A stretch of 64,000 bases of DNA from a virus. Where the stretch lies: IMG/VR virus record IMGVR_UViG_3300044858_003017; one strand, written 5' to 3'. A program made the position numbers and the translations under genes. Positions within the stretch are counted from its first letter, which is position 1, and each line of letters begins with the position of its first letter. The notes under the pieces are model-generated. The model saw only the letters and a list, made by a program, of their open reading frames with translations. It was not told where the DNA came from and made no database searches. Positions 47,237 through 57,048 of this stretch are shown one piece after another.

Positions 47237-49975
47237 TTATGATACCGGATTCGTTGGTGCAATTATACTTCCGCCTACCGTTCTACTTGTTCTAAATACA
47301 AAGTTTTTTAATTTTAACGTGCCACTTAATGCTGCAGTTCCACCGGAGTATACTATAGATGTATGTACTAATACATAATATCCTTGACGATTAGTTAATG
47401 TTAAGTCTGATATACTGCCGTACAATCCAGTAACAGCTCCCGATCTTTGTGAATTTTCTGGTACCGTTGTTCCTGCTAAATTAATAGGTGATGTAAATGT
47501 GGATCCGCTATTAAAAATACCGTATGATGTAAGTCCCGTATAACTACCAGTTACTGCATTCATTACAGTTGCGTATACATTAAATGATTTATTAGGTAAT
47601 CCAATATTATCCGTACGGTCAATTTGCCATGTACATGACATTTGCATTCTCGTTTCGCCCGGCAATATGAATACATGAAATGACGGTCCAGATAAAACGG
47701 ACCCGGTTGTAAATGTCGGTAAAGGAGAACTACCAGATATGTTAGCTAAGTTAAATGTATATTCAGATTGATCGAAATATACAACTCGTCCTATATTCAA
47801 TCCATCTACAAATTCATTGTTAGAATCAAATAAAACTTCGCCATTTTGCACTGCAAGAAATGATGATGCCGTTACATTTCCTTGTGCTGTTAAGTGGAAA
47901 CCACTTGCAGAAATTTCAACATTTCCATTAGCACCGCTAATAAAAGTTGATGCAGGATTTCCAAAAAAGAATCTATTCGTACGAACATCTATTTCTGAAT
48001 TAGCAGTTGCATATCTAAAATAACTTGAAGTATTTGCATAAAGTTCTAATCCAACGCCGCTATATGCTGCGCCGCCTTTTGTTCCTGCACTATTTGGCAG
48101 AGCCGAACCAGACCACAGTAAAAATCCAGGAAATCCTGCAGCAAATCCTTCATATCCTAATGATCTAATAAAACCAGAATTAGGATATCCACTAATTGCA
48201 ACGCCACTATTTAATGAATCAGCAACATATAAAGAACCAGTAAGCATTGAATAATCACCATCAATATATCGATTGCCGCCTTGCCAATTTTTATCATAAA
48301 CATATGATATTTGTTTGCTTTTTACTCCGGCTACATTGTAATATTCTGTTTTAAATGAAATTTGATTGTCAATTTTATGTGTAGTTTGAATTGGCGTTTT
48401 AATTCTTGTATAATTAGGAGAATATCCGGCATCATTATCTGTGGTAACGTGTATATCTGAAACTTGCCATTCTCCTGATTCTACTACTAATAATAATACA
48501 CCAGTACCATCAAAGTCTGCTTCAAAACTAAATATTTGATCATCAAATCTTTGATTTCCATATGATGTTAATTCGCCAATTCGTTTACCAAATTTTACAG
48601 GAAATGATTGATTAAAATAATCGGTAGGATCTTGATAAAAGCTGCTACCAGATAAATATATTGATAATTTTGCAGTAGCTGCAGAAATTGTTGTACCTAA
48701 TGCATCTAAAGAAATTTTATATGAAGAATCTTTTAAAAAAATTCCTTGATATGATGAACTTATTTGTGCAACCTGTACGGAGTTAGGAGCCGCAATATTA
48801 ATTGAACTAGAAATTAACATTGCATTTGATAATGACGATGTAATCCATTGCAATGTAGTTGGAGTTATTTCAGACCCATTTTGATATGTATGAGGTTGCC
48901 AATATGTATTGATAACGCTTTGAGATGTAAATATTCCAATTGATTGATCTGGAAACAGTGATGATGTACTAGAAATAAAAATTTCCGTATCTTCTAATTC
49001 AAAATCATTAACTAATTCCCAAGTACCAACTGTACCTTTATTGTTTGTAAAAACTTTAATGCGTGCAATATCTCCAGTTGCTGGTTGTAAATTTTCAATT
49101 TGTATGAGTGCAAATGATTGTGAATTTTCTGTTGGAACGTAAGTTGGCGTTGCTTCATATTTTATAGAAAATGTAGATGCATCAAATGAATCATATGTGT
49201 GAATATATACGCTTTGGCTGCTAAATGCTGTATACTCTGTTTCTAATAATGCCAATGATGGCGATAGTACCTTTGATATCTTAGAAACATACGCCGTTGT
49301 AGATATAGGATATGTAGCCGTAGGACGAGGATTAATTGGATTTGAAACTGTAATAGTACCGCCAGTCATATCTGCATCAAATTGTCCGCCGGTTATAGAA
49401 ATTGCTGGTTGTTCATTATACGAAAAATATGTAATCGTGCCGGTACTATAAGTTGGAAATTGTGTGTTATTTGGATATATTCGATCTAATTGTACTCCAA
49501 TTTGTTCTGAAACTAATACAGTTGGTAATGATTCAAAAATAATTTCAGATTCATTTGCTGTTACTGGATTAACCGGACATGATCGAGTCCACCGTACGTT
49601 AGTTCTATTTTGCCAATCTGCAGTAACTTGTTGTCCTTCAATATTTACTGCTTCACCTGTAATAATTACAGTACAATCACCCGGAGATGTTGTATCATAA
49701 ACATATATTGCTATTACGCGAGATTTGTCTTGATCTAGATAATCTACTACTTCATGATAAATTGGATCGCCATTATAATCTAATATTTCAATTCCTAGTA
49801 AACTTCCAACTTTTAAATTTGTTGGATTTCCTTGAAACTTAAATAAATTTTTTCCTGCAGTTAAGCGTACTGGAAATTCTGTTATTTGAAAATAGTCAGG
49901 CGAAGTTGGTGATGTGTCTTCAAATAAAACAGGAATTAAATCTAATCCAGAATATATTGCTTCTTTGCGTTTCAT
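47237..49975 (-). CDS. Large virion structural protein (baseplate/tail)
   Basis: Ser/Thr-rich beta protein with many SGS/TGS; late motif at 49995..50002. Confidence 0.6.
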   Translation of the reverse strand: MKRKEAIYSGLDLIPVLFEDTSPTSPDYFQITEFPVRLTAGKNLFKFQGNPTNLKVGSLLGIEILDYNGDPIYHEVVDYLDQDKSRVIAIYVYDTTSPGDCTVIITGEAVNIEGQQVTADWQNRTNVRWTRSCPVNPVTANESEIIFESLPTVLVSEQIGVQLDRIYPNNTQFPTYSTGTITYFSYNEQPAISITGGQFDADMTGGTITVSNPINPRPTATYPISTTAYVSKISKVLSPSLALLETEYTAFSSQSVYIHTYDSFDASTFSIKYEATPTYVPTENSQSFALIQIENLQPATGDIARIKVFTNNKGTVGTWELVNDFELEDTEIFISSTSSLFPDQSIGIFTSQSVINTYWQPHTYQNGSEITPTTLQWITSSLSNAMLISSSINIAAPNSVQVAQISSSYQGIFLKDSSYKISLDALGTTISAATAKLSIYLSGSSFYQDPTDYFNQSFPVKFGKRIGELTSYGNQRFDDQIFSFEADFDGTGVLLLVVESGEWQVSDIHVTTDNDAGYSPNYTRIKTPIQTTHKIDNQISFKTEYYNVAGVKSKQISYVYDKNWQGGNRYIDGDYSMLTGSLYVADSLNSGVAISGYPNSGFIRSLGYEGFAAGFPGFLLWSGSALPNSAGTKGGAAYSGVGLELYANTSSYFRYATANSEIDVRTNRFFFGNPASTFISGANGNVEISASGFHLTAQGNVTASSFLAVQNGEVLFDSNNEFVDGLNIGRVVYFDQSEYTFNLANISGSSPLPTFTTGSVLSGPSFHVFILPGETRMQMSCTWQIDRTDNIGLPNKSFNVYATVMNAVTGSYTGLTSYGIFNSGSTFTSPINLAGTTVPENSQRSGAVTGLYGSISDLTLTNRQGYYVLVHTSIVYSGGTAALSGTLKLKNFVFRTSRTVGGSIIAPTNPVS

Positions 49976-50001
49976 CGTGTGAAATATCTTTTATATAAAT
50001 A

Positions 50002-53000
50002 TTACACATGATTAATCTTGCTAAATCCGTTTGTTTTATTTACTTCAATTAAGTTATCAACCATATCGCGCATAGAATCAACATGCGAAATAATAATTGA
50101 GAAATCAAACTTAGTTCGGAAATAATCAAACAAATTTACAACTGATGAAATATGTTCTGCATCTAATGAACCCCAACCTTCGTCGATTGCAATAAAATTA
50201 GGACGAGGCAATGCCGAAACATTGATAAGTGCTATTCGAATTGCTAATGACGAAATAAAACGTTCCATACCAGACGTTAATTCCAACGGCCAATAGTTAT
50301 CTTCATCATAAATGATATATCCGTTAATATTTTTGCCATCAGTATTTAATACCATGTTAAAATCAACAATCTGATTAAGTACATTGTTTATTTCAGATTC
50401 AATTTTAGGAACAGCTTTTGAAATTAATTCATATGGAATGCCATCTCGCTTAACTGATTCTAAATAATATCCATATGCTTTGTATTCAGTTTCTAATTGA
50501 CGATAACGTTCTAATTGTTCTATTGCAGCACCTTTATTTGTTTTTGCAACTTCAATTGCACCAAAGAGTGATTTGATTTGTTCTTGTATGTTTTTTATTT
50601 GATCTGTACATGTTGCAATTTGTTGTTTACATTCATTGATTTGCGTATCAACATGTTGATTGTGTGTAATTGCTGTTTCATTTTTACGAAATGATTCTTG
50701 TCGTTCTACGGTAGTTTCTAATTCAGATTCTCGAGTTTGTAAATCGCTTTCTAATATTTGTAACTGCAATTCATTTCGTTCTAATGTAATTTTTTTAGTT
50801 GCAATAGTATTTTTAAGTTTATTATACTGAGTTTCTAATTCAAATACTGGTTTTAATGATTGTAATTCTGTATTGAGATCTTCAATGCGTTGTTGCAAAT
50901 CATTTAATATTGTTCTATCCGTTTCAATTGTATTTTGTGCTTCGATTGCATTTTGAACGAAAACGTTAGATGTACAGTATTTGCAGTTTGGATCATATTC
51001 GTGAGACTCAAGATGTTTAATTTTTTCTTGTTTTCCATTTACGATTTCCTTTTGTTGTCGATATTTTTGTAAAAGTGTGTTAACTGAATGTTCTATTTTT
51101 GCGTATTGTGTTGTTTTTGATGTAATATCATTAACATCGAATTGAGTCAATTGTTCTTCTTGAGTTTCAATTTCTGCAGTTAATGTTTCTAGGTCTTGTT
51201 CTGCCGTTTCAATGTCTTGTTGAATTGATTCAATTGTAGCAATTAAATCTCGTTCTTGTCGTTGCAATTCATTGATATTTGGACCATCATATGTAGTTGG
51301 AAGTTTTGTTTCAATCAACGAAACAATTTGTTCTTGTAGATTGTTTCTAGTTTCTTGTTGAGCATCTTCTTGTTGTTCTAATGAAATAATATTGTCTTGG
51401 TTTTCTGAAATAACTGAATCAGCTTGCACAATAATTTCAGCAAAATCTGTTTTCTTATAATCCTTTAAACGTCCTGATGTTTCTTTAATTTCATCTGCCG
51501 CTAACTGATAAAGTTGTTCAAATACTGTAATATCTAAAAATTGTGATAATAAGTCTTTGCGTTCTTTTTGTGATTTTTCAATAAAATTGTTGTTGTCAGC
51601 TTGAAGTGAAAATGCAGTTAAAATAAAATCATCATATGTGCCTAAATATCTACGAATATTTTTATTTGTTTCACTGCGTTCTTCTCCGTTTAAATTTTCT
51701 GAATCGGTATAAAATTCTACATCAACTTTAACGTGTGTCTCTTTCTTTTTATTTTGAGTACCTCGTCGTTCTATGGTATACATGACACCATTCATTTCAA
51801 AACGAAATACACCACGGAACCATGTTTTTTTGTTATTTAAAACTTCATTTGCTTTGCTTGTTTTGCTACATTTATCAAATATAGTATAAGTAATTGCATC
51901 AAGCAAACTAGATTTTCCAGATGTATTTGCAGCAAATAAACCACATACATCAGATAAGTTTTCAAAATTTAAAACATTGCCTTCGCCATATGAAAACATG
52001 TTGTCAAATTCAAATGATACGGGATGCCATGTTGTATGACGTATTGATTCTACTGCAGGTAATTTTGAATTAATTGTGCGGTTGATATGTCGAATAGCAT
52101 CGACTTCTTCTGCAGTTGCTTGTGGAAAATTTGAATCAATATAATCTGCCAATAAGGTGTTTTGATATTCAACGTCGCGTACGTTTCCAATAGCTAAACT
52201 AGATGACGTTGCGATTGCAGCACTACCAATTGTTCTTTGAATTGTAATGTCTTCTACATCATATTTTTTACGAATTGCAGCAATAAGTTTTTTCATATCT
52301 GCTGCACTCGTTTCATTAAATTTAATACGAACTCGAGGACGTTGTGGCATCCGAGCTGGTGCATTAATGATTGCAGCTCCTTGAGTTTCTATAGTTACAT
52401 AACCATATTCATTGTGTATTTCGTGAAACTCTGCACTGCGTTGTTCCACGTCCCAAACCAATATTCCATGGATTAATGCTTCGCCATGATTTTGTTGAAT
52501 CAATGAACCAGGATATGCAACTGTCTTCGCAGCATCTAAGAATTGTGCCGGCTTATGTATATCACCTAATAACGTAATGTCATGTCCTTCAAACAAATCA
52601 ACACCTACATGTTCATTTGATATTTGATATCCAATATCAGTTTTAGCAGTATTAACAGCACCATGGTGTAATGCAATTTTGTATGAAGCGTCAAAATCTT
52701 TTGCTCGAATGTAATCAGCAGGTGTTTTATCAACTGCCATATGATTCCATGTTATGCCGCCGAATTCAAACAAACCATTATCTTTAATAAAATGAATGTT
52801 TGGATTTTTAATAACATCTAATACTGGAGATATTGCATCAATCCTGTGCATGTTATTTAGATTCATATCATGATTACCTAAAATAACAATTGTAGGAATT
52901 GTAAATCCGTTAAAGAAATCTACAAGCATTTGAACTAGTTCCGGAGACATATCTAATTTGCTATGCACAATATCACCGGTAACTACAGCAACGCTATTTC

Positions 53001-53148
53001 CTGTTGCATGCGTTTCAATATGATCAAATAATGTTTTAAATACTTGTCGGTATTCTCGATGCCGTTTCAATGTACGTATGTGTACATCGGAGATATGAAA
53101 AATTTTGTCAATTTTTTCTAAAGGAGAATCTATTCGTTTTATGTCCAT
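50002..53148 (-). CDS. Mre11-Rad50 (SbcD-SbcC, gp47-gp46) single-chain fusion
   Basis: SDVH, GD, GNHD, GDIH, YPGS then NTSGKSS, CKYC hook, TSGME, IDEG, ISH. Confidence 0.92.
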   Translation of the reverse strand: MDIKRIDSPLEKIDKIFHISDVHIRTLKRHREYRQVFKTLFDHIETHATGNSVAVVTGDIVHSKLDMSPELVQMLVDFFNGFTIPTIVILGNHDMNLNNMHRIDAISPVLDVIKNPNIHFIKDNGLFEFGGITWNHMAVDKTPADYIRAKDFDASYKIALHHGAVNTAKTDIGYQISNEHVGVDLFEGHDITLLGDIHKPAQFLDAAKTVAYPGSLIQQNHGEALIHGILVWDVEQRSAEFHEIHNEYGYVTIETQGAAIINAPARMPQRPRVRIKFNETSAADMKKLIAAIRKKYDVEDITIQRTIGSAAIATSSSLAIGNVRDVEYQNTLLADYIDSNFPQATAEEVDAIRHINRTINSKLPAVESIRHTTWHPVSFEFDNMFSYGEGNVLNFENLSDVCGLFAANTSGKSSLLDAITYTIFDKCSKTSKANEVLNNKKTWFRGVFRFEMNGVMYTIERRGTQNKKKETHVKVDVEFYTDSENLNGEERSETNKNIRRYLGTYDDFILTAFSLQADNNNFIEKSQKERKDLLSQFLDITVFEQLYQLAADEIKETSGRLKDYKKTDFAEIIVQADSVISENQDNIISLEQQEDAQQETRNNLQEQIVSLIETKLPTTYDGPNINELQRQERDLIATIESIQQDIETAEQDLETLTAEIETQEEQLTQFDVNDITSKTTQYAKIEHSVNTLLQKYRQQKEIVNGKQEKIKHLESHEYDPNCKYCTSNVFVQNAIEAQNTIETDRTILNDLQQRIEDLNTELQSLKPVFELETQYNKLKNTIATKKITLERNELQLQILESDLQTRESELETTVERQESFRKNETAITHNQHVDTQINECKQQIATCTDQIKNIQEQIKSLFGAIEVAKTNKGAAIEQLERYRQLETEYKAYGYYLESVKRDGIPYELISKAVPKIESEINNVLNQIVDFNMVLNTDGKNINGYIIYDEDNYWPLELTSGMERFISSLAIRIALINVSALPRPNFIAIDEGWGSLDAEHISSVVNLFDYFRTKFDFSIIISHVDSMRDMVDNLIEVNKTNGFSKINHV

Positions 53149-54080
53149 AACATGTCCATTTTAAGTGCCATGATGCGCTCAAAAGTTAATATATCAGTAT
53201 TGTTGATAATTTCTGTAATTTGTTCAAAACCTAATTCCGATGCATCTGCATCTTCTAGTCGTATAAAATAAACATTTAAGCCTTCTGCCATGAAACGTTC
53301 TGCAATTTGTATTGCATTTCGAAGTGCATCAGCATCCAAACAAATATAGATATCACGTACTCGTTTTTCAATGATTTTCTTTTGCAATGCTGGTTGAATG
53401 ATTTTACCAAACAATGGAATTGCATTGCGTTTAATTGCAATTGCATCAAATGAACCTTCACAAAGAATAATTGGCTGTGACCAATTTATTGTTAAATCAA
53501 ATCCAATAATGTCTTTTGAAATTTTAGGATTCTTATGTTTTTGTTTATCTGCTCGATAATACGCTCTTGATACAAAATAATTCAATTGTCCCGCATCATC
53601 ATAACTAGGAATAATTATTTTGCCAGAATATTCACCTTGTTCACAATACCCAATTCGATACTTTAAAATATCCAACATAGTTACTCCACGTTGTTTTAAA
53701 TAATGAATTGCATTTCTATAATCAGGTGTTGTTTTTGCAATCCATAATGGAGCATAATGTTCTGGCAATGCGATTGCAGTAACTGTTTTTGTTTCAGTGG
53801 TATTGCGATATCGAGATGATTCGATTATTTTTGCTAGCTGTTCAAACCGTTCTTTAGGCAATCCCATTTGTTTAAACAAACTAGATATAGTGCGGCCTTT
53901 TTTATCAGATATCCAACAATGCCATGGATTTTCTCCGGCGTGGTTAGTATTGATATCAATTTCTAATTTAGGCTTGTAATGTGAAGTAAACGGAGAAAAG
54001 AATGCAATATTATTACCTGAAGTAGATTTACCTTTACCTAAAACAGATTCTAATAATTGTAACAGTTTAAGATTCTTCAC
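53139..54080 (-). CDS. DNA primase (DnaG/TOPRIM)
   Basis: YLKQRG, IIIP, CEGSFDAI, LDADA; GTG start. Confidence 0.88.
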   Translation of the reverse strand: MKNLKLLQLLESVLGKGKSTSGNNIAFFSPFTSHYKPKLEIDINTNHAGENPWHCWISDKKGRTISSLFKQMGLPKERFEQLAKIIESSRYRNTTETKTVTAIALPEHYAPLWIAKTTPDYRNAIHYLKQRGVTMLDILKYRIGYCEQGEYSGKIIIPSYDDAGQLNYFVSRAYYRADKQKHKNPKISKDIIGFDLTINWSQPIILCEGSFDAIAIKRNAIPLFGKIIQPALQKKIIEKRVRDIYICLDADALRNAIQIAERFMAEGLNVYFIRLEDADASELGFEQITEIINNTDILTFERIMALKMDMLWT

Positions 54081-54086
54081 AATTAT

Positions 54087-54115
54087 AATATAAAGAAATT
54101 CTGTAAGGAATCCAA
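54087..54115 (-). promoter_or_regulatory. Sigma70-like promoter TTGGAT-N17-TATATT, 6 nt before the primase GTG
   Basis: same architecture as the helicase and polymerase promoters. Confidence 0.7.
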
Positions 54116-54260
54116 TTAATTATTAATTAATAATATATTAGTTAAGCACATACATTTCATTACTGGCTTAACGATTGAATCAATAAATTCTTCAATCTAT
54201 TAATAAAATAAATTTCATTAATTTTCATGAATATATTATTTTTTTTTCAAAAAACAAACC

Positions 54261-54743
54261 TTATTTAAAGAAACGTTTAACATCGACCGCTTCTTCGCCT
54301 CGTTTTATGCATTCTGCCATCCATTCTGCAGGAATTTCTTTTTTCGCAACATACACAATTCCTAACTTACGAGCATATGCTTCATATGTAGTTGGAGATG
54401 TTTTTGACAATTTTTGATTCGGATTTTGAAACACCATTCTTATATCAATTCCAGGATTTGACTGCAATACATGTTTCATTTTAGTACGATCTGCAGTAGT
54501 CCAACGTCCTTTTGTTTCAATATACATGGTTGCGCCATTGCGTTTTATAAACACAAAATCAGGCGTATATTTTGCTTTGCGTTCTGGAACTACGTAATTT
54601 AATGTTTCAGTTTCATAACGCAATTCATACTCTGTTTGTTTAATTTGTTCTGATATAGTTAATTCTAATCCCGATTTATAACCATGTTTAAGAGCGTTTG
54701 CTCGTTTAGAATTTCCAGAACTATGAAAATGATTTCGTCTCAT
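54261..54743 (-). CDS. T7 endonuclease I-like Holliday junction resolvase
   Basis: GYKSGLE, YTPDF, IETKGRW...DR.K, DIRMVF. Confidence 0.88.
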   Translation of the reverse strand: MRRNHFHSSGNSKRANALKHGYKSGLELTISEQIKQTEYELRYETETLNYVVPERKAKYTPDFVFIKRNGATMYIETKGRWTTADRTKMKHVLQSNPGIDIRMVFQNPNQKLSKTSPTTYEAYARKLGIVYVAKKEIPAEWMAECIKRGEEAVDVKRFFK

Positions 54744-54765
54744 ATTATAACTTTTTTATTTTAAT

Positions 54766-55302
54766 TTACCAATCAACCATAACCATTTTATCGTTCCATA
54801 ACATAATATTATCTGATCGAAAATCTAGATCTAGATCAAATTCTTTTATATTTAATTTTTCAACATCCGATTGTAATGCAGTTAAAAAATTATCCATTAA
54901 TGGATCTATAGTATCCGTTTCTTGAATAAAATCAAAGATAGAAACTTCTCCGCCTTTTTCTCTAGCAAACGAATAAAAATCATCCATGAACATATCAATT
55001 ACTTTACGTAAACGATCCGGCAATTCAGATGCATTTGCCATTATATACATATTTTTTCCATCAACATAATATACCGGAATAAACGTTGTAAATTCAGTAT
55101 ATCGATTTACGATAATATTTGCAACTTTATATTCATCCTGTTCTTGCGTAATTTTAAAAGTTTTATCTTCGCCATCAATTTCATAAACACGACCATTATC
55201 ACCAGCACCAATTAATCGAAATTGTTTGTTTTGTATCTTATCTAAACAACGTTGAATATCAGATTGCGATAATTCTTTAAGTAAATTTTTTAAACGTATC
55301 AT
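54766..55302 (-). CDS. Minimal protein-kinase-like enzyme with MIRLKNLLKE leader
   Basis: IGAGDNGRVY, FKIT...E, DFRSDN, terminal MVDW. Confidence 0.75.
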   Translation of the reverse strand: MIRLKNLLKELSQSDIQRCLDKIQNKQFRLIGAGDNGRVYEIDGEDKTFKITQEQDEYKVANIIVNRYTEFTTFIPVYYVDGKNMYIMANASELPDRLRKVIDMFMDDFYSFAREKGGEVSIFDFIQETDTIDPLMDNFLTALQSDVEKLNIKEFDLDLDFRSDNIMLWNDKMVMVDW

Positions 55303-56990
55303 TTTGCAAATCCTGGATTAGAAAATAAAATATTTCGATCTAAATCTAAACGTATTAAAAAATTTAAATCTACATCATCTCGTTTTTTTATTGGTTGTGC
55401 TAATTTTCCAATAGCTAATAATTGACCATTAGCATTATACAATCCAATTGTAGTAATATAAGGTGTAAAATTGCTACCTGTTACGAAACTTTGATATGTA
55501 TAATTATCATCTTTAGTTAGTGTAACATTTGTAGACAAATTAAATTCTCCCGCGTCTATTCTAACTAATGCACTTAGTTCGTGAATTGTTTTGGTACTTT
55601 TATATGATGCAGTAAAGGACGCATTTAATAAATTTTGAAAACGATAATCGGGACTAGAAAATACAACTAAACCCTGAGCAGGCATCACGGTACCAACATT
55701 TCTAGTTTGTAACATAGTACCACCTTCCGATCTATCAGCTAAATAACCAATTTCTGTACTTGTCAATGCTTTATTAAAAATTCGTATTTCATCTAGTTTT
55801 CCAATGTAATTAGAATCATGCAACAAATTCTTTATATCGGTAGGATACCCTGCATTAAATATTTGGCTTCCTGAAATTGAAAATCCGCCTATCTTTAACG
55901 GATCATTATTATCAATTCGAATCGATGCAGATAACGGATTAGTTGTTGGTTGTAATAATGTACTAGATTGTGATGCTACTAATGTTCCGTTAGTATAAAG
56001 TTGAATAGCACTACCAGATTTTTGAAAAAGTATATGAGTCCAACTATTAGAAATAGATGCAGTAACACGTAAAGTTGGGTAGCCCAATTGTAAGTTAACA
56101 CCCGGAATGTCAGGATAAATAACGTCACGATTCCCACCAACTGTACATACAATACTTGGACTAGTTCCTACAGCAACAATCTCAAATGGCCATTGTTTTT
56201 GATGTATAGATGTTCGTTTACTAAGTAAAATTTGCGGTTTAAAAACATTGGTATCTGATGCACTAACAAAAAATGATATTGCATAATCATGATCTCGATC
56301 ATATAATCCATCTAATATACGATCAATTGACCCCGATCCGTTAAAATTTGCAGCATACCCAATACTTCGTTGTTGTCCCGTAGTAGTAGGTATTCCCGAA
56401 ACATATGTAACTCCTGACGTATTATACGGCGTACGTGATATATCAAAATATTCATTAAATCCTTCATAAAATACAGAACCTGATACGATTGCTGCCGTAT
56501 TAAAACTTGTATCATAAATATTTTCATATGAATCTGAAGCAAATGATCCAGATACTGAAGAAGTAAACGTAAATGATGTAGATTTTATTCGTTCGCCAAT
56601 TTTAACTTGTGGAATTGATAAAACTGAAGCTGATTGAAATAATGCTTTTTTTGTTTTTGTTATATTAGGCGGACCATATGTAATAAACGGTTCATTTTTA
56701 TATCGATAAAATAAATGATTGAGTGAATAATAAATAACTGTTTGCAAACTTCCGTCAATATTAGCAGCATCATTATATGTTAATTCAGTATCTAGTATTG
56801 GCAACGTGTCTGTATAAATTGCAGTTAATGGTAATGCACTAGAAGTAACACTTCCTGATGTAATAGTCCAATTTTTATATACTTGAAATGAATTCATAGC
56901 TATATCCGTAGGATCAACTTTTTTTAAAGTTGTCGGATATAATCCATCGTACGTAAAAAAATTATCTATGCCTATTCTTGTTTGTTCCAT
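55299..56990 (-). CDS. LamG/concanavalin-domain tail/baseplate protein
   Basis: WTHI...LYTNG, GKLDEIRIFNKALT; C-terminal YITTIGLYN...LLAIGKL. Confidence 0.75.
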   Translation of the reverse strand: MEQTRIGIDNFFTYDGLYPTTLKKVDPTDIAMNSFQVYKNWTITSGSVTSSALPLTAIYTDTLPILDTELTYNDAANIDGSLQTVIYYSLNHLFYRYKNEPFITYGPPNITKTKKALFQSASVLSIPQVKIGERIKSTSFTFTSSVSGSFASDSYENIYDTSFNTAAIVSGSVFYEGFNEYFDISRTPYNTSGVTYVSGIPTTTGQQRSIGYAANFNGSGSIDRILDGLYDRDHDYAISFFVSASDTNVFKPQILLSKRTSIHQKQWPFEIVAVGTSPSIVCTVGGNRDVIYPDIPGVNLQLGYPTLRVTASISNSWTHILFQKSGSAIQLYTNGTLVASQSSTLLQPTTNPLSASIRIDNNDPLKIGGFSISGSQIFNAGYPTDIKNLLHDSNYIGKLDEIRIFNKALTSTEIGYLADRSEGGTMLQTRNVGTVMPAQGLVVFSSPDYRFQNLLNASFTASYKSTKTIHELSALVRIDAGEFNLSTNVTLTKDDNYTYQSFVTGSNFTPYITTIGLYNANGQLLAIGKLAQPIKKRDDVDLNFLIRLDLDRNILFSNPGFAK

Positions 56991-56991
56991 A

Positions 56992-57034
56992 CAGTAAAAA
57001 CCCTGCTACATTTAATATAAATATAACAGGGCTT
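56992..57034 (-). terminator. Terminator-like hairpin with the late motif (57017..57024) inside its 5' arm
   Basis: AAGCCCTGTTATATTTA-TAT-TAAATGTAGCAGGGTTT-TTACTG. Confidence 0.7.
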
Positions 57035-57048
57035 AAATCAGTGTTGAT

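Noticed and set aside
47215-47262. Longer start for the nucleotidyltransferase fusion
   Set aside because: Overlaps the upstream gene and spans the late motif; ATG 47214 is more plausible
867-53148. Inteins or introns in nrdJ, helicase, UvsX, terminase, portal or Rad50
   Set aside because: Lengths are typical, frames are continuous and no splice-junction motifs were seen
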